The notes beneath the pieces are model-generated. The model was not told the DNA's origin. It was given only the letters and a program-made list of their open reading frames with translations, and ran no database searches. From Eledone cirrhosa (taxonomy: Eukaryota): a stretch of 64,000 bases of DNA. Shown here in pieces: positions 52,720-64,000 of this stretch (position 1 is its first letter; each line of letters begins with the position of its first letter). Location of the stretch: positions 269,390,001 to 269,454,000 of the forward strand of contig OZ024740.1 in NCBI GenBank assembly GCA_964016885.1, read 5' to 3'. A program made the position numbers and the translations under genes.

Positions 52720-53974
52720 AATTAGTTTTGTGAGGTATTTTATATGAAATCGTGTGTCGAAACAGATATTGTTATACTTGGGGAGGGTCATATTTGCGTA
52801 ATATTGCCAGAATTAATAACAGAACACACTCACTGTTTGGTTGGTTTTCGCTTCTCGCTGTCTTTTATTATATCTGCGATCTAACTTACTCGGTCCTCAA
52901 TGTTGCCATTGACTGACCGGCGGTCAAAAATAATACAGATACGATATAGACACAAACACATATATATATATATAGTTTACATAATTTACATAAATCTTTC
53001 GTTGCATATCTGCAACATCGTCAGTGGTGTTATATTCATTGTTCCTCTTGTTGTGTTGTATGTCTACGCCATTTTTTTTTTATTCAGTCTGTCTATATAT
53101 TTATTTATTTATTTGCTTGTTTGTTTATCTTATTTTATTTTGTCTTCTTTGCGCATGCGTTTGCGTGTGTGTATAGTGTTATGTGTGATGTGTGACTAGT
53201 GTGTATAGTGTTGTGTCTGCTGGGTGACTAGTGTGTGTTTATGTGCTTGTTGTTATTGTGCTTGTGTATGTATTTATTTATCTTATTTTATTTAATTTTA
53301 TTTACTTATTTATACTTCTCTTAGGTCAGTGTTGTTTGTTTGGGTGTTGTTGTTGTTCCACTCATTCTTTCTGTTTAGCTTTGGTCTTCTAATTTCTATT
53401 TCACTGGCCTCTCTGATTTGCCTATCTGCTGGGTCATTCCTATGTTTAGATATTATTCTGACCCAGCAGATAGGCAAATCAGAGAGGCCAGTGAAATAGA
53501 AATTAGAAGACCAAAGCTAAACAGAAAGAATGAGTGGAACAACAACAACACCCAAACAAACAACACTGACCTAAGAGAAGTATAAATAAGTAAATAAAAT
53601 TAAATAAAATAAGATACATAAATACATACACAAGCACAATAACAACAAGCACATAAACACACACTAGTCACCCAGCAGATACAACACTATACACACTAGT
53701 CACACATAACACTATACACACACGCAAATGCATGCGCAAAGAAGACAAAATAAAATAAGATAAACAAACAAGCAAATAAATAAATAAATATATAGACAGA
53801 CTGAATAAAAAAAAAATGGCGTAGACATACAACACAACAGGAGGAACAATGAATATAACACCACTGACGATGTTGCAGATGTGCAACGAAAGATTTATGT
53901 AAATTATGTAAACTATATATATACATATGTGTTTGTGTCTATATTGTATCTGTATTATTTTTGACCGCCGGTCA
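52720..53974. mobile_element. PLE family A 3' end arranged as a ~1.06-kb palindrome
   Basis: Arms 52914-53436 and 53459-53974 with a 22-nt spacer. Arms include the GIY-YIG C-terminus ([21 protein letters not shown]) and a CTGACGA...GAAA core. Confidence 0.85.
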
Positions 53975-53975
53975 A

Positions 53976-53982
53976 GGACGTG
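53976..53982 (+). promoter_or_regulatory. DPE-like motif of a LINE internal Pol II promoter
   Basis: GGACGTG at the apparent 5' end of the LINE fits the DPE consensus used by jockey/I-type LINE internal promoters. Function is inferred. Confidence 0.35.
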
Positions 53983-54361
53983 TTTTTACTTCTCTTCCCG
54001 AGTAAGCAGAAAGTCACACAGCCACAAAACAAAACCACAAAACAAAACAAAACCAAACAAACAAAAATTGACCGGTTAATACATTTACATACATCTATAT
54101 TATTATATATTTGAAACCTCGTGTTTTCCAACTTGTGAGTACATTTTCCTTTAACTACAAATTATTATTATATACTTTCGTCTTTTCATTAATTTAATTA
54201 ATTTCAAATAACCAGAATATACATATATATATATATATATACTCATATTTATATATATACTCTTCTCACTCACACACAAGAAAAACAAAAAACAAAAATA
54301 AATTAAAAAATATATATATATATTGAAATACTTAACTAAAACACACACACTCAAAACTAGA

Positions 54362-55508
54362 ATGGCTAACCAGCAAAAATCCAAACAGAACTTGTCTGAT
54401 AATGAAATCGACATTCTAATAAACACATGGCATTGCCTTACCCAAACAGAAGACATAGATGCTTCATGTCTGAACGACATTGCTAAACGTACAGTTCAAC
54501 TTTTGAAAACTCGATCTGAACAACAGATTCAAAATATATTAAAGCAAATCGAAATTGCTTTTAAATTAATCAATAAACATTTGGATAAACTACGGTGTGT
54601 TTTTTCTTCGAATGCTGTCCAGCAGCAGCAACAACAACAACAGCAGCTACAACGGCAACAACATCAACAGCTACAACAACAACAACAACAACAACAGCAA
54701 CAACAACAACGACAACAACAACAGTGTGAACCACTCCTTGATTCATCAACAATGGCCGATCTACTAAATGAAACTATTGACCTCCCAGTAGCCTCTGTCT
54801 CACAGCAGGAAACGCCACATCCTTTCTCTGGCCCAGCAGTCCAATCATCACCACTGCCAACATCTTCTCTGCCTACTACTACTACAACATCTTTGGCTTG
54901 CTATCTCAAGGAATTTACCTTCTAATACCAGAACAAGAACTCTCCCTCCCACAGTCCACAAAGGTCGTCAAATCCTACTCAAACCATCATCTACACCTCT
55001 CACAACACACACACCCACATACCCACCCACTCGAAACCCCATCATTTGCCGCTACTCTCTACGCTATAGAATATGTACGGATAGTGGCTGCAAATTCACC
55101 CATTTACCTAGGACAAAACGATCTATCCCCACAAACAGCCACCACCATAATACATACTCTAATTTAACACCAACACAACCACCAATAACTCAAACAAGGA
55201 ATCCACAAATCTGCCGCTTTTCCCTGCGAGACAGATTGTGTTTAGAGCGGGATTGTCCCTTTACCTATCTCCCGGGGACCCGTCGGACAAATGAAAATAA
55301 AATTAAAAATAAAAGCAAAATCAAAAACCATAACCTACATAAAAATAACCACTACCACAGTCACCAACAGTCTTCTAAACAGGAAACTTCTTCCTCTTTT
55401 TTAGCCATAATGAATCTGGCAAAAGAACTGGAAAAAAACATTCGAGCCATCACCCAGCACCACCCTCCACTATCACCCCACTGCACAAACTCCCATTGCT
55501 GCCATTAA
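54362..55508 (+). pseudogene. LINE ORF1 (polyQ, CCCH zinc fingers), frameshifted
   Basis: MANQQKSKQ... with polyQ at about 54620-54724. A downstream frame reads ICRYSLRYRICTDSGCKFTH and ICRFSLRDRLCLERDCPFTY. Confidence 0.6.
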
Positions 55509-55539
55509 CAAACAAACAAATTAACAACACACCAAAACA

Positions 55540-58506
55540 ATTAAAACCATCCACTCTCGCCTCTACATTTTTGCTTAACGCCCAAGGCATCAGCCCTTCC
55601 ACCAATACTCAAAAAATGGAAGATCAAATTCCTGGAGGACTGGATTGATGTCCATCCAAACCACATCCCTTTCTTCGTCCTCACTGAAACCCATCTCAGT
55701 AACCTCCACTTGGAAGCCGAGGTGAAAGTGAAAAATTTCAAAGCCATCCGTGCTGCTCGCGCTGGCAGAAGAAAGGGCGGGACTGCCATTTATGTCCATA
55801 ATTCTTTCTCAACAGAGGCTATGAACATATTCACTAATGGATACTGTGAAGCAGTCACTGTATTCAGTCAAACCAACAACCTAATAGTAGTTGGGCTCTA
55901 TAGGCCACCCCAAACGCCTGTACCATGCTTCAAGGAATGCCTCAACAGCATAAAGTGTTTCATCCAAGAGTGTCACCCTGACAACATCTTAATGATGGGG
56001 GACTTCAACCTCCCCGGAGTTGACTGGTCCACAAACACCCTGCCACCAGGTTCTTCTGCCTCAACCTCTGACAGGGAAGCTGTGGAATCGCTTCTTGACT
56101 TCATGGATGATTTCTTCCTATCCCAACTGGTGCTCGATCCAACGAGGTGCCACAAAAACGTCCTAGACTTAATTTTCAGCAATCACACTGACAATATCCA
56201 CAATATTGCAGTGGAGAAAACTCTACTCTCTGATCATGACATGGTTCTCTGTGATCTGAGATTCCACCGTCCAATATACAAACCCAATGTCATCTCTCCT
56301 GTCCATCCGTTTGACGCTATGGATTTCCACAATGCAAACTGGGAAGCGATCAGTCATGATCTTGCACATGTCGACTGGTCCTTCACGCACACTCATACAC
56401 CCACTAACATCAAAAAGTCCTGGCTGACATTTGTGGACACTGTTACAAACATATGTGCTAAACACACCCCATTAAGAACTATAAACAAATCTAAGAGCAG
56501 AATCCCTAGAAATAGAAAAACGCTCATCAGAAAAATTAAGAGAACGAACAAAAAAATCAACAAGCTGAAATACCGTCAGCAGCAACACATCAACTTGACT
56601 GCCATTTCATCACTAGAGATTAAAAAACATAACCTCCAAAACAACATAATGTCCCTCATCAACAATCAGAGAAGAGCTGAAGAGGCCTGGGCCATTGAGA
56701 AGATCAAACTCAATCCCAAAGTGTTCTTTTCATTTGCAAAAAAAACACAAAATCACTGGCTCTACTGTTGGCCCTCTAATTGATGAAAATGGCACTCTTC
56801 AAGACAATGCTAAAACCATGGGTGAGATACTGCAGAAACAATACTGCTCTGTTTTCAGCAATCCTGATATGGCCGATCTGGGCTGTATCGGCGATGTTAC
56901 TCCCCATTACACCTTATCGGACATAACGTTTGGCGCCCCTGATGTCTTAGCGGCAATAAAGGAAATCAAGCATAATTCAGCAGTGGGTCCCGATAGGTTC
57001 CCTGCTTGTGTCTTGAGGGTGTGTCAACACCAACTTGCAAATCTGTGGCGGAACTCACTGGATGCTGGATATGTGCCAGAAAACCTTCTATCCCAGTCTG
57101 TTGTCCCAGTTTTCAAAAAGGGAAACAAATCCCTTGCCGTGAATTACCGTCCAATCTCACTCACCTCTCATATCATTAAGGTATTTGAGAGAGTGGTGAG
57201 ATCGCGAATGACCCACTTCCTTGAGAGTAACAATATGCTGAACTCCAACCAGCATGGATTCCGTAATGGAAGGGATTGCCTGACGCAGCTACTGCATCAC
57301 TTTGATGACATTTTGAGAGCCTTGGGAGAGGGTTCCAACACTGATGTTATCTACCTTGATTTCAGCAAGGCCTTTGACAGGGTTGATCATAACATTCTAC
57401 TGAGAAAGCTGTCCAATATTGGTGTCACTGGAAAGCTGCTGCAGTGGATCAAGAGCTTCCTGTCAAATAGAACCCAACATGTTGTAGTTGAAGGAGTCAA
57501 ATCCAGCCCAGCAAAAGTCAGTAGTGGGGTCCCACAAGGCACTGTGTTGGGCCCACTTCTCTTCATCATCTATATTAATGACATCACTGACATCATCAAA
57601 CACAGCAACATTAAAATTTTCGCTGATGATTCCAAGCTCCAAAAGGTCATCAATGGCGTGGATGACCGGATAAGCCTTCAGTCAGACCTACTGGCTGTTA
57701 CCCAATGGGCGGAAAAGAACAACATGTTACTGAACGAAGACAAATTCGAACTGATCCACTTTGAAAAAGAGGATGCTCTGAAACTCCCGTACTCCCTTCC
57801 CTCCGGGGAAACTCTCGTGGCATCTAACAACATCAGAGACTTGGGAGTAACCGTGGACAGCAACATAAGCTGGGCCACGCATATAAGCAGCAAAGTTGAC
57901 ATGGCCCGCAGAATGTGTTCCTGGATCCTCAGAACCTTCCAGTCGAGAGATTCCCACACCATTATCCTTCTCTTCTCTACTTTTGCCCGACCACACCTTG
58001 AATACTGTTGTCCACTGTGGTCTCCCCACACGAAACAAAGTATCATGAAACTTGAAGCTCCTCAAAGGGCAATCACGAAAAAGATAGATGGCATGTCAGA
58101 CCTTGACTACTGGGGTCGACTAGAAAACCTGAAACTTTACTCACTCCAACGTCGCCGTGAGCGTTATATTATCTGCATGATGTGGAAAATGTTCCATCAT
58201 CACTGCCCAAATGATGTTGGCATCGCCTTCAAGATACACCCAAGGCTTGGGCCCCGTGCTATCTGTCCCATTCAAAAATCTAAATCGCAACTCATAACAA
58301 CAATACGGCACAATTATTTCACCTCAATCGGCCCTGCTCTCTTCAACATCACACCAGGACACGTCAAAACAGAAAATGACCACACAATATTCAAGAAGTC
58401 TTTGGACAAATTCCTCCAAGTAATCCCGGACAAACCACCCACACCCGGATATGTCTCCGCAAACAGTAATTCTCTTCTCGAATGGGCCATGGTGCCCAAA
58501 TCCTGA
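55540..58506 (+). CDS. LINE ORF2 APE-RT, broken by apparent frameshifts at poly-A runs (near 55611 and 56738)
   Basis: ORFs 55710-56783 (APE) and 56695-58506 (RT) overlap at an A9 run. Confidence 0.8.
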
Positions 58507-58593
58507 ATTGAAAGACTTCGCCAGGTGGTGCTATTAAGTTAGACATGGCCTGGGCCAATACTGGCCAAAACATTTCAAAGTTATTCAAAGTTA

Positions 58594-58597
58594 TACA

Positions 58598-58667
<70 letters not shown>

Positions 58668-58912
58668 CATATATATATACATACATATATATATACATAC
58701 ATACATATATACATACATATATATATACATACATATATATATACATACATATATATATACATACATATATATATACATACATATATATATACATACATAT
58801 ATATATACATACATATATATATACATACATATATATATACATACATATATATATACATACATATATATATACATATATATATACATACATATATATATAC
58901 ATATATATATAC

Positions 58913-58954
<42 letters not shown>

Positions 58955-59004
58955 ATATATATATATACATATATATATACATATATATATATATACATAT
59001 ATAC

Positions 59005-59035
<31 letters not shown>

Positions 59036-59060
59036 CATACATATATATATATACATATAC

Positions 59061-59131
<71 letters not shown>

Positions 59132-59178
59132 CATATACATATATATATATACATATACATATATATATATACATATAC

Positions 59179-59213
<35 letters not shown>

Positions 59214-59226
59214 CATATATATATAT
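58594..59226. repeat. (TA)n/(TACA) microsatellite
   Basis: Seen directly. Confidence 0.95.
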
Positions 59227-59963
59227 GAAATATAAGAATCAAAGAACTGTTCAAAACATTATTGTGCTTACAGCTGTTTCCTCCAAACCGAGGTTTGGAT
59301 TCTTCGGAGCAATTTATTAATGCATGGACAGTTATATGACCTCCTTTTCAGCCGAGAGACATACCAATACATATTCAAACATTGATACATATTCAAACAT
59401 TGTGGGTCAACATTCATTACAGAATTTAGAGTGGCAGTACACACTTCGAGATTACATTTATATTAATAGGTACAATCAAAAATCAAAGATATAGGTTAAA
59501 GTACAACATGAAGATAAGTGGTTATATAGTGCAAATGTTATATGTGTGGCACGCATGTGCGTCTTGTTTATATAGTGTGGCAGAGAGATATGTGTGGTAG
59601 AGGCACTTAGGTAGGTAAATAAGAGTGTTAGGTTGGTAGATCTGGTGGCAAAGTCTTTATATGATTGATATAGTCTGTGTGTGGAGAAATATTATAAGCA
59701 TTAAAGATAGTGCAAGCATTAAAAGTGTTATAAGTATTGGAGATGCACAGCGCAGGGATGTCAAGTAATTCATGTACTTCGGCATTTTCATGGTCAAGGG
59801 AGTGTATATTTCGATTATATGCCTTTCACATAATCCACGACAATTCAATGGCGTTTCTCGAAACGTAACAACCTCCTGTATCGAACTAAAGAACACCAGA
59901 CTACGATCTCTAACTGGATTGTCGTGGATTATGTGAAAGGCATATAATCGAAATATACACTCC
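59227..59963 (-). mobile_element. Penelope-like element 3' end with 5' inversion
   Basis: Minus-strand remnant RGLCERHIIEIYTP resembles a GIY-YIG C-terminus. An inverted copy of about 48 bp (59799-59845 vs 59918-59963) and a downstream hammerhead are present. Confidence 0.6.
59265..59311 (-). ncRNA. Minimal type I hammerhead (CCGAAGA core variant)
   Basis: Minus strand UGCU-CCGAAGA-A-UCCAAAC-CUCG-GUUUGGA-G-GAAAC-AGCU-GUA^-AGCA; palindromic ACAGCUGU stem III. Confidence 0.7.
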
Positions 59964-60654
59964 GGCGGTCAAAAATAATACAGATACAATATAGACACAA
60001 ACACATATATATAGTTTACATAATTTACATAAATCTTTCGTTGCACATCTGCAACATCGTCAGTGGTGTTATATTCATTGTTCCTCCTGTTGTGTTGTAT
60101 GTCTACGCCATTTTTTTTTGTTCAGTCTGTCTATATATTTATTTATTTATTTGCTTGTTTGTTTATCTTATTTTATTTTGTCTTCTTTGCGCATGCGTTT
60201 GCGTGTGTGTATAGTGTCATGTGTGACTAGTGTGTATAGTGTTGTGTCTGCTGGGTGACTAGTGTGTGTTTATGTGCTTGTGTATGTATTTATTTATCTT
60301 ATTTCATTTTATTTTATTTACTTATTTATACTTCTCTTAGGTCAGTGTTGTTTGTTTGGGTGTTGTTGTTCCACTCATTCTTTCTGTTTAGCTTTGGTCT
60401 TCTAATTTCTATTTCACTGGCCTCTCTGATTTGCCTATCTGCTGGGTCATTCCTATGTTTAGATATTATTCTAATTTCTATGTTGTCTATGTTACCGTCA
60501 TGTTGTTGTCTAGCATGTTCGTATAGTACTGACCCGTTTTTTCTTCCTTTTAGTTCCCCCCAGTGTTGGTCTATCCTTTCACCTATGCTACGAGCTGTCT
60601 CACCTATGTATGTTGTTGTCATGTTTCTGCAAGTACCCTCTGTACATCTTATGC

Positions 60655-60655
<1 letters not shown>
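59963..60655 (-). mobile_element. PLE family A 3' part with GIY-YIG
   Basis: ORF 60326-60622 [17 protein letters not shown]...RQIREASEI...LNRKNEW; the 3' region is near-identical to 52914-53460. Confidence 0.85.
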
Positions 60656-60721
<66 letters not shown>

Positions 60722-60752
60722 CTATATATATATATGTATATGTATATATATG

Positions 60753-60785
<33 letters not shown>

Positions 60786-60796
60786 CTATATATATG

Positions 60797-60827
<31 letters not shown>

Positions 60828-60843
60828 GTATATATATATATGT

Positions 60844-60898
<55 letters not shown>

Positions 60899-60902
60899 TG
60901 TG

Positions 60903-60942
<40 letters not shown>

Positions 60943-61010
60943 TGTGTATATATATGTATATATATATATATATGTATATATATGTGTATATATATATGTA
61001 TATATATGTG

Positions 61011-61042
<32 letters not shown>

Positions 61043-61281
61043 TGTATATATATGTAATATATATATATATATATATATGTATTTTTTTAATATTTTATCT
61101 TGACTCTGTATTCCGTTTATCTTTCACCGAAAGTGATTTTTCATTGCATCTCTTCTTTCCATGATATCCGGACTACATTGAGTTCTTCATACGGATTGGA
61201 CACTACCGTAAACTCTTGGTAGATTTATCTACATATATGTATATATATATATGTATATATATATGTATATATATATCTGTA

Positions 61282-61627
61282 TATATATATATATATATAT
61301 GTAATAACTTTGAAATGTTTTGGCCAGTATTGGCCCAGGCCATGTCTAACTTAATAGCACCACCTGGCGAAGTCTTTCAATTCAGGATTTGGGCACCATG
61401 GCCCATTCGAGAAGAGAATTACTGTTTGCGGAGACATATCCGGGTGTGGGTGGTTTGTCCGGGATTACTTGGAGGAATTTGTCCAAAGACTTCTTGAATT
61501 TTGTGTGGTCAGTTTCTGTTTTGACGTGTCCTGGTGTGATGTTGAAGAGAGCAGGGCCGATTGAGGTGAAATAATTGTGCCGTATTGTTGTTATGAGTTG
61601 CGATTTAGATTTTTGAATGGGACGGAT
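61282..61627 (-). mobile_element. CR1-group LINE short 3' copy
   Basis: Near-identical to the 3' end of 62417-64000. Confidence 0.92.
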
Positions 61628-61679
61628 ATATATATATATACATACATATATATATACATACATATATATATATATATAT

Positions 61680-61710
<31 letters not shown>

Positions 61711-61733
61711 CATACATATATATATATATATAT

Positions 61734-61764
<31 letters not shown>

Positions 61765-61787
61765 CATACATATATATATATATATAT

Positions 61788-61878
<91 letters not shown>

Positions 61879-61923
61879 CATACATATATATATATATATA
61901 CATACATATATATATATATATAT

Positions 61924-62010
<87 letters not shown>

Positions 62011-62031
62011 CATACATATATATATATATAT

Positions 62032-62090
<59 letters not shown>

Positions 62091-62181
62091 CATACATATA
62101 TATATATATATACATACATATATATATATATATATACATACATATATATATATATATATACATACATATATATATATATAT

Positions 62182-62242
<61 letters not shown>

Positions 62243-62263
62243 CATACATATATATATATATAT

Positions 62264-62294
<31 letters not shown>

Positions 62295-62367
62295 CATACA
62301 TATATATATATATATATACATACATACATACATATATATATATATACATACATACATATATATATAT

Positions 62368-62398
<31 letters not shown>

Positions 62399-62416
62399 CA
62401 TACATATATATATATA
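61628..62416. repeat. Periodic (TA)n-TACATACA microsatellite
   Basis: Seen directly. Confidence 0.95.
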
Positions 62417-64000
62417 TAACTTTGAAATGTTTTGGCCAGTATTGGCCCAGACCATGTCTAACTTAATAGCACCACCTGGCGAAGTCTTTCAATTCAGGAT
62501 TTGGGCACCATGGCCCATTCGAGAAGAGAATTACTGTTTGCGGAGACATATCCGGGTGTGGGTGGTTTGTCCGGGATTACTTGGAGGAATTTGTCCAAAG
62601 ACTTCTTGAATTTTGTGTGGTCAGTTTCTGTTTTGACGTGTCCTGGTGTGATGTTGAAGAGAGCAGGGCCGATTGAGGTGAAATAATTGTGCCGTATTGT
62701 TGTTATGAGTTGCGATTTAGATTTTTGAATGGGACGGATAGCACGGGGCCCAAGCCTTGGGTGTATCTTGAAGGCGATGCCAACATCATTTGGGCAGTGA
62801 TGATGGAACATTTTCCACATCATGCAGATAATATAACGCTCACGGCGACGTTGGAGTGAGTAAAGTTTCAGGTTTTCCAATCGACCCCAGTAGTCAAGGT
62901 CTGACATGCCATCTATCTTTTTCGTGATTGCCCTTTGAGGAGCTTCAAGTTTCATGATACTTTGTTTCGTGTGGGGAGACCACAGTGGACAACAGTATTC
63001 AAGGTGTGGTCGGGCGAAAGTAGAGAAGAGAAGGATAATGGTGCGGGAATCTCTCGACTGGAAGGTTCTGAGGATCCAGGAACACATTCTGCGGGCCATG
63101 TCAACTTTGCTGCTTATATGCGTGGTCCAGCTTATGTTGCTGTCCACGGTTACTCCCAAGTCTCTGATGTTGTTAGATGCCACGAGAGTTTCCCCGGAGG
63201 GAATTGAGTACGGGAGTTTCAGAGCATCCTCTTTTCCAAAGTGGATCAGTTCGAATTTGTCTTCGTTCAGTAACATGTTGTTCTTTTCTGCCCATTGGGT
63301 AACAGCCAGTAGGTCTGACTGAAGGCTTATCCGGTCATCCACGCCATTGATGACCTTTTGGAGCTTGGAATCATCAGCGAAAATTTTAATGTTGCTGTGT
63401 TTGATGATGTCAGTGATGTCATTAATATAGATGATGAAGAGAAGTGGGCCCAACACAGTGCCTTGTGGGACTCCACTACTGACTTTGGCTGGGCTTGATT
63501 TGACTCCCTCAACTACAACATGTTGGGTTCTGTTTGACAGGAAGCTCTTGATCCACTGCAGCAGCTTTCCAGTGACACCAATATTGGACAGCTTTCTCAG
63601 TAGAATGTTATGATCAACCCTGTCAAAGGCCTTGCTGAAATCAAGGTAGATAACATCAGTGTTGGAACCCTCTCCCAAGGCTCTCAAAATGTCATCAAAG
63701 TGATGCAGTAGTTGCGTCAGGCAATCCCTTCCATTACGGAATCCATGCTGGTTGGAGTTCAGCATATTGTTACTCTCAAGGAAGTGGGTCATTCGCGATC
63801 TCACCACTCGCTCAAATACCTTAATGATATGAGAGGTGAGTGAGATTGGACGGTAATTCACGGCAAGGGATTTGTTTCCCTTTTTGAAAACTGGGACAAC
63901 AGACTGGGATAGAAGGTTTTCTGGCACATATCCAGCATCCAGTGAGTTCCGCCACAGATTGGCAAGAGGAGAAGCAAGTTGGTGTTGACACGCCTTCAAG
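62417..64000 (-). mobile_element. CR1-group LINE, same family as 53976-58593, open RT frame running off the window
   Basis: ORF 62494-63999 (501 aa) is nearly identical to 56695-58506 and has the same 3' UTR. Confidence 0.95.

Larger units (their letters stand above)
53976..58593 (+). mobile_element. CR1-group LINE, near full length (ORF1 and APE-RT ORF2)
   Basis: 5' UTR, ORF1 about 54362-55508 (frameshifted), APE (LTETHL, GLYRPP, MGDFN, LSDH), RT ([22 protein letters not shown]), about 85-bp 3' UTR with a hairpin and a ttcaaagtta repeat. Confidence 0.93.

Overview
AT-rich, repeat-saturated animal genomic DNA. The repeat set (RTE LINEs with (GAT)n tails, CORE- and Meta-type tRNA SINEs, very long TA/CA microsatellites) resembles an octopod cephalopod; this is an inference. 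The only host gene seen is a minus-strand focadhesin (FOCAD/KIAA1797) homologue. It has four internal, phase-compatible coding exons (44304-44462, 27303-27456, 23329-23514, 272-387) separated by introns of about 17, 3.8 and 23 kb. The introns and the region 5' of the first visible exon hold at least three RTE families, a near-full-length young CR1-group LINE with two further copies, several Penelope-like element (PLE) fragments with GIY-YIG remnants, SINEs, Tc1/mariner-pogo MITEs, non-autonomous Helitrons and a 200-N gap. Most ORFs in the track are microsatellite translations. The most notable hidden signal is a set of type I hammerhead ribozymes from several unrelated repeat families. The best case is a 466-bp tandem repeat with one intact minimal hammerhead per unit (retrozyme-like, predicted to release a 466-nt monomer or circRNA). 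There is also an inverted pair of canonical hammerheads, one of them on the FOCAD pre-mRNA strand.
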